Origin: an uncultured Alphaproteobacteria bacterium
Lineage (GTDB): Bacteria > Pseudomonadota > Alphaproteobacteria > Rs-D84
Reading direction: 5' to 3'
Length of the DNA: 64,000 bases
NCBI GenBank assembly: GCA_944389495.1
Contig: CALXMN010000001.1
Coordinates: 7,551-71,550 of the forward strand
Shown here in pieces: positions 27,914 to 37,786 of the stretch. Each line of letters begins with the position of its first letter. Positions within the stretch are counted from its first letter, which is position 1. A program made the position numbers and the translations under genes. Under the pieces are notes generated by a model. That model did no database searches. It saw only the letters and a program-made list of their open reading frames with translations, and had not been told where the DNA came from.

Positions 27914-30322
27914 ATGAATATAGAACTGGGTAAAAACGTTAACACGCGTGAACTGGAAACCAAGATCCAGGAATTTTGGGATTCAAATAATTTCTGGGAT
28001 AACGATGTAAATTCTGACAAGACGCCATTTTGTATAATGATGCCGCCACCGAATGTAACGGGTAATTTGCATATGGGGCACGCATTGGATAATATTTTAA
28101 CGGACATAGTCTGTCGGTATAAGCGTATGTGTGGATACGATGTGTTGTGGCAGCCGGGTACGGATCACGCATCTATTGCGACCCAGTTGTTGGTAGAGCG
28201 CGATTTGTCAAAGCGCGGCATAAATCCCCGTTCTTTAAGCAAAGAAGAATTGTTAAAAACTGCCTGGGAATGGAAGGCCGACAAAGGTGGTCAAATCATT
28301 CGTCAATTGCATATATTGGGCGTGACGCCGGTGTGGCATCGTGAACGTTTTACTATGGACGAAGGTTTGTCGCACGCGGTTATAAAATTATTTGTCAAGA
28401 TGTATAATGCGGGAATAATTTATCGTGCAAAACGCCTTGTTAATTGGTGCCCGAAACAGCAAACATCTGTATCGGATCTAGAGGTGGAAACCCGGGAAGA
28501 ACACGGAAAATTTTATTATTTTAATTATCCATTGGTTGGTGGTGGGGTGGTTGAAATTGCAACCACACGTCCAGAAACATTATTTGGGGACCAGGCAATC
28601 GCCGTACACCCGGAAAATGAAAAACTAAAGCATTTAATTGGTCGTCGTGCAATTATACCGTTAACCAATATTGAAATACCGATTATTGGTGACGAGCACG
28701 CCGATCCGGCCAAGGGTACCGGTGCGGTAAAAATTACGCCCGCCCACGATTTCGACGACTGGGACGTTGGGGTTCGTCATAACCTTGGGGTGGTTAATAT
28801 TTTGACCCCGGATGCGAAATTGAATGACAATCCGGTTGTGCCGGAAAAATATCGTGGTATGGATCGGTTTGCGGCGCGTGCAGAAATTGTTGCGGATATT
28901 GATGCCGCCGGTCTGTTGGTAAAAATAGAAGATAAAATAATTCCGACACCATATTCTGAACGTGGCGGTGTGGTTGTAGAACCGTATCTTACGGATCAAT
29001 GGTTTGTTGATACGACAAAATTGGTTGGCCCGGCCATAGATGCGGTGGAATCGGGCAAGATAAAGTTTATGCCTGAACACAGATATAATCTTTATATGTC
29101 TTGGATGCGAAATATTCGCCAGTGGCCAATCTCGCGCCAGTTGTGGTGGGGACACAGAATACCGGCGTGGTATGATGCAGATGGTAATGTCTATGTGGCC
29201 GAGAGTGAATCCGCCGCCGTCGAACAATCGGGTGGCAAAAAATTAACCCGCGATAATGATGTGTTGGATACGTGGTTTTCGTCGGCGCTGTGGCCATTTT
29301 CTACGTTGGGTTGGCCGGATGAAACGCCCGAGTTAAAAAAGTATTATCCAACAGATTTATTATACACCGCCGCAGATATAATCTTTTTCTGGGTTGCGCG
29401 TATGATAATGATGGGGATGTACGTGATGGGCGACGTGCCATTCAGAATGGTTAACTTTCACGGTTTGGTGCGTGATGCCAAAGGACAAAAAATGTCCAAA
29501 ACCAAGGGTAATGGCACAGATCCATTGGTCGCGGTTGAAAAATTCGGTGCAGATGCATTGCGTTATTGGGCGGCAACTGCGCCAATTGGAACGGATCTGC
29601 GTTACAGCGATGACGAGGTTAGACGCGGATCCAAGTTGCTTACAAAATTGTGGAATGCGTCAAAATATGTTTTGATGAATCTGGCGGATTTTGATCCGAA
29701 TACTGCGGCGCCGATTGCGATTGAAAACAGATATATCGAAGATAGGTGGGTTCTGTCTGAATTGAACAAGACAATCGCAGATGTGCGTCGGCATTTGGAT
29801 AAATATGATAACTGTAATTCTCGTGCGGCGATTGACACGTTCTTTTACGAAATATTCTGTGATCAATATTTGGAGTTTATCAAAGACAGATTTTGGTCGC
29901 CGGAAAAATACAGTGCCGAATCAAAACTGTCTGCGCAATGGACGTTGTTCCAGGTGTTGCGTGCAATAATCGGAATGTACGCACCGTTTATTCCATTCCA
30001 GACCGAAGAATTATGGCAAAAGATTTATAAGGCATACGAAGGCGGTGAAACACTGCATCTGACGTCGTACCCGGTGGTTGACGATGCGCGTAATACGGAT
30101 GTGTCCAATATGCAAATTGCACTGGATATTTTAAAAAGTGTTCGTGGTTTACGTACCGAGCGCAAGGTTGGCAATGGTGCCAAATTGGAAACTTTGACAA
30201 TTCCGTCCACAACACCGGCAACATTGCACGGATTAATTAAATCCGCCGCACGTGCGAACGAAATAATTTTGGGCGATACAATTGACTTTGTTGTTGCCGC
30301 ATCACAAGCAAAGGCGGAATAA
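27914..30322 (+). CDS. valS: Valyl-tRNA synthetase
   Basis: PPPNVTGNLHMGH, ATTRPET, ISRQLWWGH, KMSKT. Confidence 0.97.
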   Translation: MNIELGKNVNTRELETKIQEFWDSNNFWDNDVNSDKTPFCIMMPPPNVTGNLHMGHALDNILTDIVCRYKRMCGYDVLWQPGTDHASIATQLLVERDLSKRGINPRSLSKEELLKTAWEWKADKGGQIIRQLHILGVTPVWHRERFTMDEGLSHAVIKLFVKMYNAGIIYRAKRLVNWCPKQQTSVSDLEVETREEHGKFYYFNYPLVGGGVVEIATTRPETLFGDQAIAVHPENEKLKHLIGRRAIIPLTNIEIPIIGDEHADPAKGTGAVKITPAHDFDDWDVGVRHNLGVVNILTPDAKLNDNPVVPEKYRGMDRFAARAEIVADIDAAGLLVKIEDKIIPTPYSERGGVVVEPYLTDQWFVDTTKLVGPAIDAVESGKIKFMPEHRYNLYMSWMRNIRQWPISRQLWWGHRIPAWYDADGNVYVAESESAAVEQSGGKKLTRDNDVLDTWFSSALWPFSTLGWPDETPELKKYYPTDLLYTAADIIFFWVARMIMMGMYVMGDVPFRMVNFHGLVRDAKGQKMSKTKGNGTDPLVAVEKFGADALRYWAATAPIGTDLRYSDDEVRRGSKLLTKLWNASKYVLMNLADFDPNTAAPIAIENRYIEDRWVLSELNKTIADVRRHLDKYDNCNSRAAIDTFFYEIFCDQYLEFIKDRFWSPEKYSAESKLSAQWTLFQVLRAIIGMYAPFIPFQTEELWQKIYKAYEGGETLHLTSYPVVDDARNTDVSNMQIALDILKSVRGLRTERKVGNGAKLETLTIPSTTPATLHGLIKSAARANEIILGDTIDFVVAASQAKAE

Positions 30323-31051
30323 ATGACGGAAAAGTTAATAGAAAAACGCGTGCTCCAGGCGTATCAATGCGACCGTTATGGGTATGTTCGGCCATTAATT
30401 TTAATGAATGAATTACAGGGTGTCGCTGATACGCACGCCGAACGTCTTGGGTGTGGTCGTACGTATTTGTTGGAACATAATTTGGCGTGGGTTGTAACGC
30501 ATTATCTGGTTGATATTGTGGAAATCCCGCGTGAGGGCGAAGAATTGTCGTTTATAACCTGGCCGTCTGCACACGATATTCTGCGTGCCACCCGTGATTT
30601 CGAGGTTCGTGGTGCAGACAATCGATTGTTGGTTCGTGCCACGTCCCAGTGGATTTTAATTGATATGTCGCGTCGTCGGCCGTTGCGTCTGGATGAAAAT
30701 TTACCATATTGGGAAATTATTCCGGAACGCGCGTGGGATGTGCCGTTTGAAAAGTTTCCGGATTTTGTATCGACCAAAACGCATACAATGAAATGCCGTT
30801 TCGATGATATTGATGTGAACCAGCATATAAATAATGCGGTCTATGCGGTATGGGCCACGGAAAGCGTCGGGTACATATATCGTAATCAACATAAATTGAA
30901 ACGTATCGAATTGAATTTCAAAAAAGAAATCAGTCCGGACACGCCTGAAATTTCAGTTGATGTCGCAATTGATGGTCTGACCAGTCGTCATAAAATCAAG
31001 ACGGGTGATATAGAACACGCAGATGTTATTTGCACGTGGGCCGATTTGTGA
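30323..31051 (+). CDS. Acyl-ACP thioesterase
   Basis: Double hot-dog fold; DIDVNQHINNAVY motif. Confidence 0.88.
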   Translation: MTEKLIEKRVLQAYQCDRYGYVRPLILMNELQGVADTHAERLGCGRTYLLEHNLAWVVTHYLVDIVEIPREGEELSFITWPSAHDILRATRDFEVRGADNRLLVRATSQWILIDMSRRRPLRLDENLPYWEIIPERAWDVPFEKFPDFVSTKTHTMKCRFDDIDVNQHINNAVYAVWATESVGYIYRNQHKLKRIELNFKKEISPDTPEISVDVAIDGLTSRHKIKTGDIEHADVICTWADL

Positions 31052-31065
31052 TAAAATTGCTTGTG

Positions 31066-31095
31066 AAAAAAATGGGGCGCTTGCCCCATTTTTTT
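31066..31095 (+). terminator. Intrinsic terminator
   Basis: AAAAAAATGGGGC-GCTT-GCCCCATTTTTTT. Confidence 0.85.
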
Positions 31096-31211
31096 GTTAT
31101 GGGTCACAGGGCGGTGGTATGTGTGGTGTATTTTTTTTTATTCTATGATGGGTTTGGTAACCGAATTTTATTATTCCTTGCGTTGGTATGGCTAATACGA
31201 TAATATAAATA

Positions 31212-31388
31212 CGTCGGTGGGTGTTCCGCCGATGGGCTTAAGAACCCTTTACACGCGTCTGATTCAGACGTTAAACAAAACGTCCAACCATAACGGTTGG
31301 AGTGTGGTGAATATATTGAATAAGCCACGCAATTCGTGTAATTGTTCTTAAACTCCAACCACCTGAAAATTTTTGGTGGTTTTTTCTT
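31212..31388 (+). ncRNA. Structured leader RNA, C4-antisense-like element copy 2, ending in an intrinsic terminator
   Basis: 43-nt and 25-nt blocks identical to copy 1 flanking a 3-nt variable loop; TTGCGT-17-TAATAT upstream; AACCACC/GGTGGTT plus U-run. Confidence 0.7.
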
Positions 31389-31410
31389 GCAGAAAAAAGG
31401 AGATAAGAAT

Positions 31411-31848
31411 ATGAAAAAATATTTATTAATTGCGGGTGCGTTGTGTATGGTCGCGATTTTGCCGGCGGCGGCCGTTGTAAAGTGCGTGGCATTAAAGCCC
31501 GGCGAAACCACTTGCAGTGGCCCCAGTTTAAGTCCGGGTACGAATGAATGGACAACAACGTGTACAACAAATGGTACAAATGTGCCAGTCAGTGGTATAA
31601 TCGGGTGTTCGTCCGTCCGCGGCAGTTATGTTGGGGCCACTGTTGATGAATTACCAACAAATGTAAGAGCAGATGAAACGGTATACTGTTGGTGCAAAAT
31701 GACAAGTCCCGCTGTATCAAAATGGACGTATCGTACATCTTGGAGCGATGCAGAAACTTGTTTGAACTCTTGTGCCCCTAATTGTGCAAATGCATTTTGG
31801 ACGACGGATGGATTCAGTGATGGAATGTTTTCGTCTTTGTATGATTAA
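31411..31848 (+). CDS. Small secreted Cys-rich protein (cassette 2, gene A)
   Basis: GGAGATAAGAAT-ATG; MKKYLLIAGALC..VVKCVAL; CWCKMTSPAVSKW; paralog of 3918-4340. Confidence 0.85.
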   Translation: MKKYLLIAGALCMVAILPAAAVVKCVALKPGETTCSGPSLSPGTNEWTTTCTTNGTNVPVSGIIGCSSVRGSYVGATVDELPTNVRADETVYCWCKMTSPAVSKWTYRTSWSDAETCLNSCAPNCANAFWTTDGFSDGMFSSLYD

Positions 31849-31863
31849 ACAGGGGGGGCAGAT

Positions 31864-32142
31864 ATGAAGCATTTATTTGTTTTTATATTGGCGATCGCGC
31901 CGTGTGCATCATTTGCCGCCGCGCCGTCAACATCGTGTCCATCCGGTTATGTTGCCATAGAAGAAGAATATATGGCCATAGCGAATACTTCGTGCCCATC
32001 GGGTTACACATCCGCCGGCGCCGCGGCCAGTTGTTTAATTACCTCGCCCACGGGGTCGTGCATTATGTACGCGCCGGCAAATACAGAATATGACGATGTC
32101 GCGGGTGTGTATCTGTTTACCGCCGCGTGTCCGTTGGAATGA
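31864..32142 (+). CDS. Small secreted Cys-rich protein (cassette 2, gene B)
   Basis: Signal peptide; CPSGY x2; CIMYAPANTEY...CPLE; paralog of 3620-3898. Confidence 0.85.
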   Translation: MKHLFVFILAIAPCASFAAAPSTSCPSGYVAIEEEYMAIANTSCPSGYTSAGAAASCLITSPTGSCIMYAPANTEYDDVAGVYLFTAACPLE

Positions 32143-32194
32143 TGTGTAAAACATAGGTGGTGTGAACGTGTATAATGGAACAAGGGGGGACAAT

Positions 32195-32222
32195 AAAAAA
32201 ATCGCCAATCGGCGATTTTTTT
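32195..32222. terminator. Bidirectional intrinsic terminator
   Basis: AAAAAAATCGCC-AATC-GGCGATTTTTT. Confidence 0.85.
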
Positions 32223-32373
32223 AGTTTGCTGCACTTACAGCCAATCTTTTACGACCCGCTGCGCGGCGACGATTTAATACGTCACGACCGCCCTTGGTCG
32301 CCATCCGTTCACGAAAACCGTGTGTACGTACGCGGCGTGTTTTGGATGGTTGATATGTACGTTTTGTTGCCAT
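32221..32373 (-). CDS. rpmH: 50S ribosomal protein L34 (absent from ORF track, 50 aa)
   Basis: Manual translation [50 protein letters not shown]. Confidence 0.97.
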   Translation of the reverse strand: MATKRTYQPSKTRRVRTHGFRERMATKGGRDVLNRRRAAGRKRLAVSAAN

Positions 32374-32543
32374 AATAAAATCCTTTTGTGCCCCTATTTA
32401 ATCACAGGTTTTGCAAAAACGCAACCTTTTTATTTAGATTTTATCAATCCCGTCTTTTTTAATCCTTCCAACATCAGATAGTATATAAACAATGCCGTAA
32501 ACAGTCGCCAAAATGGTAAAAACATATTTTTGTCCCCCGATTG

Positions 32544-32816
32544 TTATCTTATACGACTGTTGCGACGATGTTGGCGCATTTGGCGCACGAATTTATCACG
32601 CGCATTAACGGCATCTATGATAAGCCCCAGGTTCCATTTAATAATGGCCAGTTGTGCCCACATAAAAATATCACGTTTTTTACAGGTCGCCAGTATCAAA
32701 TCCAACTCGCGATGTGTTTCATATAAAGATTCTTTAAAGTGTGTCATAATGTTGGTTATATTATCACAAAGATTTGTTTTGTCAATATCTTTTTTGGGGT
32801 TTATGTCTTGACCCAA
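32544..32816 (-). CDS. Hypothetical protein (start uncertain)
   Basis: 90-aa ORF, helical, between rpmH and gyrA. Confidence 0.4.
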   Translation of the reverse strand: MGQDINPKKDIDKTNLCDNITNIMTHFKESLYETHRELDLILATCKKRDIFMWAQLAIIKWNLGLIIDAVNARDKFVRQMRQHRRNSRIR

Positions 32817-32867
32817 AGTGAAAAAATTTGCTATTCTTTATTTGTTAAAAGCAAGGGAATTTCCAGT

Positions 32868-35618
32868 ATGTCAGAAACAAACAATATCAACGAAATAAAC
32901 GAAATTAAAATTCCGCAATCGTCGCTGGAACACGAAATGCGGACCAGTTTTTTAGACTATGCGATGTCGGTCATTGTTGACCGTGCTTTACCGGATGTTC
33001 GTGACGGGTGCAAACCGGTTCATCGTCGAATTTTGTATGTTATGAACGATGTTGCGCCTGCGACCAAGCCAACGGTAAAATCGGCGCGTATTGTTGGTGA
33101 TGTTATGGGTAAATATCATCCCCACGGTGACAGTTCTATATACGAGGCGATGGTTCGTATGGGGCAAGATTTTTCTATGGGTGAAATGTTGGTCCAGGGC
33201 CAGGGTAATTTTGGTTCGCGCGATGGTGACAAGGCCGCGGCTATGCGTTATACCGAGGCACGACTCTCCAAACTTGGCGCATCAATGATGGACGATATGG
33301 ACAAAGACACCGTTGATTGGCAGCCGAATTTTGACGGTACATTACAGGAACCTGTTGTCTTGCCGACAAAATTTCCGAACTTTTTGGTAAATGGTGGTTC
33401 GGGTATTGCGGTTGGTATGGCGACAAATGTTCCAACCTATAACCTGGGCGAGATATGTAATGGTATCTTGGCAATTTTAAATAATCCCCAGATTTCTGAT
33501 GATGAATTATTTGGGATTATTCCCGGACCGGATTTTCCGACGGGTGCAATAATTATGGGGCGTGCCGGCGCGTACAAGGCGCACACCACGGGACGTGGAT
33601 CAATAATCGTTCGTGCCAAGACACATATGGAAACGTTTCACGATCATCCGGCGATTGTTGTTGATGAAATCCCGTACCAGGTAAATAAATCGCAACTGAT
33701 AATCAAAATTGCGGAATTAAGCAAAGAAAAACGTATCGAAGGTATCGCCGAAATTCGTGACGAATCATCCAAAGAAGGTTTGCGCATAGTCATAGAGTTA
33801 AAGCGTGATGCAATACCGGATGTTGTTTTGAATCATTTGTTCCAATATACGGAAATGCAGACAAATTTCCCGGTTAATATGATGGCGCTGAATCGCGGGC
33901 GGCCAATGCTGTTTAATGTTCGTGGCGTATTGGATGCATTTATTGATTTCCGATGCGAGGTTATTCGTCGTCGCACCATCTTTGATTTAAATCGTGCCCG
34001 CAATCGTGCGCATACGTTATTGGGGTTGTCTGTGGCGGTTGGTAATCTGGATGAAGTAATAGAGCTGATAAAATCCAGTGCCAACCCAGACGAAGCGCGC
34101 CAGGCATTAATTTCCCGTGGTTGGCGTGCATCTGATATAGAAAACTATATTCAATTAATTGATGATCCAAACACTGAATACAAGGACGGAATGTTCTATA
34201 TGTCCGAAGACCAGGCGCGTGCGATACTGGAATTACAGTTGCATCGTTTGACGGGGTTGGAACGTGATAAATTGCACGCAGACTTGGTTGATCTGGGCGG
34301 ACAGATTAAGGATTTGTTGGATATTTTGGGCAGTCACGAACGCATAATTCAAATTATTCGTGATGAAACAACAATGGTCCGTGACAGTTGGGCCAGTCCG
34401 CGTCGCACCGAAATTTCTGATGCGGAAATAGATATTGATGTCGAAGATTTAATTGCGCGCGAAGATATGGTTATAACTGTTTCCAATACGGGGTATATCA
34501 AGCGCGTGTCGCTGGATACATATCGCGCGCAAAAACGTGGCGGCAAAGGACGCAATGCAATGACGACCAAGGATGATGACTATGTGGTCCAGGTGTTTGT
34601 GGCCAATACGCATACGCCGCTATTATTCTTTTCGTCCAAGGGATTATGTTATAAATTAAAAACATATAAATTGCCCGAGGCCGCCGCCGCCGCCAAGGGG
34701 CGCCCATTGGTAAATTTGTTGCCGTTGGAAAACGGTGAAACAATAACCGCGATTTTACCGGTCCCCGAAGAGGATGTCGCCGCCGCACGTGAATCGGGGG
34801 TTGAACATTACTTTATGTTTGCAACTGCGTCGGGTACCGTGCGCCGTAATCGTACCTCTGATTTTGATTCAATTCGTGCAAACGGAAAAATCGCAATGAA
34901 ATTGGATGATGGTGACAGTTTGATTTCCGTACTGCCCTGTACCGAAGACCAGGATGTATTCCTTGCGACATATCGTGGTCGTTGCATACGCTTTCCTGTG
35001 TCCGAGATACGCGTTTTTGCGGGGCGTAATTCAACGGGTGTACGTGGTATGACGTTGGGTGCGGACGATAAAATTATCGGTATGGCGATGTTAAATCACG
35101 GTGAATCAGATGCCGCCGTACGTGCCGCATATATTCGCCAGTCGCGTGCCGCACGCCGTGCCGCCACCGGCATAGAGGAAGAGGTCGATGAAGAAGAGGA
35201 TGTGTCCACCCTGACATTATCCGATGAACAGATGGCGCAAATGGCGGCAAAGGAACAGTTTATTTTAACTGTGTCTGAAAACGGCTTTGGCAAACGCACC
35301 AGTTCGTATGAATACCGCACGACACATCGTGGTGGCGGCGGATTTACCAACATTAAACTGGGGGGCAAGAACACGGCCGTTGCAGGTTCGTTCCCGGTTG
35401 CGGATGATAACGATATAATAATGGTTACCGATGGTGGCAAGATTATTCGTACGCCTGTGCGTGATGTACGTATCGCGGGCCGCAGCACAGCGGGTGTAAC
35501 CTTGTTCCGTACGGCTGAAAACGAACGTGTCGTATCCGCCATATCTATCTTAAGCGACGAAGGCGAGGCCGCCGAAGTGGAAACCGAGGTTGCCCAACAA
35601 GAATCAACACAACAATAA
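32868..35618 (+). CDS. gyrA: DNA gyrase subunit A
   Basis: [37 protein letters not shown], GyrA-box QKRGGKG. Confidence 0.98.
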   Translation: MSETNNINEINEIKIPQSSLEHEMRTSFLDYAMSVIVDRALPDVRDGCKPVHRRILYVMNDVAPATKPTVKSARIVGDVMGKYHPHGDSSIYEAMVRMGQDFSMGEMLVQGQGNFGSRDGDKAAAMRYTEARLSKLGASMMDDMDKDTVDWQPNFDGTLQEPVVLPTKFPNFLVNGGSGIAVGMATNVPTYNLGEICNGILAILNNPQISDDELFGIIPGPDFPTGAIIMGRAGAYKAHTTGRGSIIVRAKTHMETFHDHPAIVVDEIPYQVNKSQLIIKIAELSKEKRIEGIAEIRDESSKEGLRIVIELKRDAIPDVVLNHLFQYTEMQTNFPVNMMALNRGRPMLFNVRGVLDAFIDFRCEVIRRRTIFDLNRARNRAHTLLGLSVAVGNLDEVIELIKSSANPDEARQALISRGWRASDIENYIQLIDDPNTEYKDGMFYMSEDQARAILELQLHRLTGLERDKLHADLVDLGGQIKDLLDILGSHERIIQIIRDETTMVRDSWASPRRTEISDAEIDIDVEDLIAREDMVITVSNTGYIKRVSLDTYRAQKRGGKGRNAMTTKDDDYVVQVFVANTHTPLLFFSSKGLCYKLKTYKLPEAAAAAKGRPLVNLLPLENGETITAILPVPEEDVAAARESGVEHYFMFATASGTVRRNRTSDFDSIRANGKIAMKLDDGDSLISVLPCTEDQDVFLATYRGRCIRFPVSEIRVFAGRNSTGVRGMTLGADDKIIGMAMLNHGESDAAVRAAYIRQSRAARRAATGIEEEVDEEEDVSTLTLSDEQMAQMAAKEQFILTVSENGFGKRTSSYEYRTTHRGGGGFTNIKLGGKNTAVAGSFPVADDNDIIMVTDGGKIIRTPVRDVRIAGRSTAGVTLFRTAENERVVSAISILSDEGEAAEVETEVAQQESTQQ

Positions 35619-35633
35619 ACAACAGGGAACGGT

Positions 35634-36053
35634 ATGGATAACGAATATTTCGCATCAATAAATGAAGTATCAAAACGTCTGTCTGTGCCGGCGCACACCC
35701 TGCGTTATTGGGAAAAACAATTTCCTGTGATTATCCGGCCAACAACCGGCGCGGGCGGGCGGCGTTATTATCGTGCGGAAACGGTTGACCGATTAATTGT
35801 TATTCGTGATTTGTTGTATAAGCACGGATTAACAATTGCGGGGGTAAAAAAATTACTGCGTGATGGAAATTTTCCCGCGTCTGCGGATGAATTTATGGCA
35901 TCTGGCAATGTAATGGATGCACCCGCCCAGCATCAGGCAGCGCCGCAATCTGCACCGGTTAAACCCGCGCAGTCAAACGTTAATGCCGGTCAAATTGATT
36001 TGGCAATATCCATTTTGGAAAGTGCGCGTGACTTATTAAAAACAGCGCAATAA
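35634..36053 (+). CDS. MerR family transcriptional regulator
   Basis: SINEVS..L.VPAHTLRYWEKQF...GGRRYYR...LLY..GLTIAGVK. Confidence 0.9.
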   Translation: MDNEYFASINEVSKRLSVPAHTLRYWEKQFPVIIRPTTGAGGRRYYRAETVDRLIVIRDLLYKHGLTIAGVKKLLRDGNFPASADEFMASGNVMDAPAQHQAAPQSAPVKPAQSNVNAGQIDLAISILESARDLLKTAQ

Positions 36054-36060
36054 AATCGGT

Positions 36061-36090
36061 AAAAAATCGCCCCCGATGTGGGCGATTTTT
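36061..36090. terminator. Bidirectional intrinsic terminator
   Basis: AAAAAATCGCCC-CCGATGT-GGGCGATTTTT. Confidence 0.75.
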
Positions 36091-36189
36091 ATTAACCAGA
36101 ATGTTGTACCAAATTTAAATGTTTTGCGTCGCCAATGCAGTATACAAAAACAAAATGTGCATTTATTACATTGTAACAAATACAAATTA

Positions 36190-36264
36190 TGGCAGTCCCA
36201 ACGGGAATCGAACCCGTGTTACCGGAATGAGAATCCGATGTCCTAACCGCTAGACGATGGGACC
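36190..36264 (-). tRNA. tRNA-Glu (CUC)
   Basis: Reverse complement GGTCCCATCGTCTAGCGGTTAGGACATCGGATT-CTC-ATTCCGGTAACACGGGTTCGATTCCCGTTGGGACTGCCA; cloverleaf with encoded CCA. Confidence 0.95.
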
Positions 36265-36324
36265 AACGTCGTATATATTATCAATTATTTACTGTTTTGC
36301 AAATCTAAAAATTGTCGAATGGAA

Positions 36325-36891
36325 TCAATATTGCCGTGTTAATCTAAGCAATGATTGAATAGATTTGTTGGTTATTAACAATCTGCGTCCAAATACAGAC
36401 TGTATCAGTTTGCGTGCAAATACATTTTTGGGTACATAAACATCAACACCGTCTGCCTTTATAATATCGGGTGTAATATCAATCCGGGCCAGAATTCGCA
36501 CGTCGTCAAAGTTCACATATTCATCACGTACACCGGCGTCGTATTCGTGTAATCTGCGTTGTTCGAAGTTGGTCGGACACACCTGGTACACATAACTGAC
36601 GGGATTCATACTGTACGCAATAAATGTCCGGTCGTATTGTTCTGTGTTTGGGCGCCGGGTCAGAATATACAACCCATCCAGTTTATAATCATCGCGAACC
36701 CGGCCCGCGTGCAGATGCGGAAAAATGTGATATTGTAATGCATATGAAAATACAGATGTTGCGAATATAGCCACCTGGGTTTGTCCGTTTGCATTTCGTT
36801 CAGAACTGATCGCATTGCTGATACGCAACATATCCCCTACGGCCAGTTTTTGTTTGTTTGCGCTGTATAAAATCTTGGGCACTGACACCAT
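36325..36891 (-). CDS. Hypothetical protein, possible ADP-ribosyltransferase-like fold
   Basis: LYSAN..L.VGD.L / IFATS...ALQY / YVYQV / EYVN..DVRILARI pattern resembles Arr-type ART; paralog of 37009-37458. Confidence 0.5.
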   Translation of the reverse strand: MVSVPKILYSANKQKLAVGDMLRISNAISSERNANGQTQVAIFATSVFSYALQYHIFPHLHAGRVRDDYKLDGLYILTRRPNTEQYDRTFIAYSMNPVSYVYQVCPTNFEQRRLHEYDAGVRDEYVNFDDVRILARIDITPDIIKADGVDVYVPKNVFARKLIQSVFGRRLLITNKSIQSLLRLTRQY

Positions 36892-37008
36892 ACTGTGTTA
36901 TACAGTGAACTATTTACGTTGCAAAGTAAAGTCTTTTATCGTGCTGTATGCACAATATGGATTTTTATGACCAGTTATGATATGATTTATGATGATACGA
37001 GGACTAAA

Positions 37009-37458
37009 ATGTCAAATAAAATCAATGTGTTTGCAACATCTGATTTGGTGCACGCTAAAAATTATGCGATTATGAGGCTGGTTGGCAATGGATGGAAATC
37101 GCCACGCGAAAGAAATGTTTTATATATTCAAGAACTAAATCCAAATATTCCGGCCAAGGCGTATGTTTATGAACTGGATTCCAATGGTTTCAAACGGGAC
37201 GTAGATGGCAGTTATTATTGTTTAACGGACAAGCAGATAAACAAGGTTATAGAAATTGATATTATGCAAGAAATCAAAAACGGCAACATCAAAGTATATG
37301 TTTTGAAAGATGAATTTAATACGCCTAATATGTCTGGGGCCGAATGGGGCAAAATTGTCAAAGATAAAAACAATTTTGAATTGTATAAACCGGATTTCAA
37401 TAGCAAAAACATATTTGTTTTATCTGAAGCACGGAAAAGTAATTCTAATATTAAATAA
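37009..37458 (+). CDS. Hypothetical protein, paralog of 36325-36891
   Basis: GAGGA RBS; VFATS...AKNYA, LYI, AYVYEL, IDI...IK.G.IKVYV. Confidence 0.6.
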   Translation: MSNKINVFATSDLVHAKNYAIMRLVGNGWKSPRERNVLYIQELNPNIPAKAYVYELDSNGFKRDVDGSYYCLTDKQINKVIEIDIMQEIKNGNIKVYVLKDEFNTPNMSGAEWGKIVKDKNNFELYKPDFNSKNIFVLSEARKSNSNIK

Positions 37459-37530
37459 CATAGGGTGGGGTATCAATGAAATACGTGCGAATACCAAATA
37501 AAAAATGCCCCTGTGGGGTGTTTTTTTGTT

Positions 37531-37604
37531 TGGTTGGGGCGCACGGATTCGAACCATGATAAAGAGAACCAAAATCTCTTGTCCTACCATTAGACGACAC
37601 CCCA
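37531..37604 (-). tRNA. tRNA-Gln (UUG)
   Basis: Reverse complement TGGGGTGTCGTCTAATGGTAGGACAAGAGATT-TTG-GTTCTCTTTATCATGGTTCGAATCCGTGCGCCCCAACCA. Confidence 0.95.
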
Positions 37605-37705
37605 AAAGCAACACAGATTATAAATATCTTTTATATTTTTGCAATAACATTTTTTTTATTTATCTTTTTTATTGAAAAATTTTTAAAAAAGATTACTTTT
37701 TTCAC

Positions 37706-37754
37706 TTGAATTTTGTTTATTAAAACATATAATCATTAAGGTTTTTAATGATTA
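37706..37754 (+). promoter_or_regulatory. Promoter plus palindromic operator of the MarR-RND operon
   Basis: TTGAAT-16-TATAAT; TAATCATTAA-N5-TTAATGATTA (37730-37754) overlaps the -10. Confidence 0.7.
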
Positions 37755-37786
37755 AATGTCCTGTTTAATAAATCAAGGAAAACAAA

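Noticed and set aside
31212-31388. Identification of the element as T-box, tmRNA, 6S, SRP or tRNA
   Set aside because: It lacks the T-box sequence, a T-loop GTTCRA, a tag ORF, the SRP GGAA domain and the long 6S duplex.
33110-33150. GyrA quinolone-resistance change
   Set aside because: Ser at position 83 is wild type and Glu at 87 is a common natural residue.
36190-37604. tRNA-anchored integrative element
   Set aside because: No integrase and no duplicated tRNA 3' end (att site) seen.
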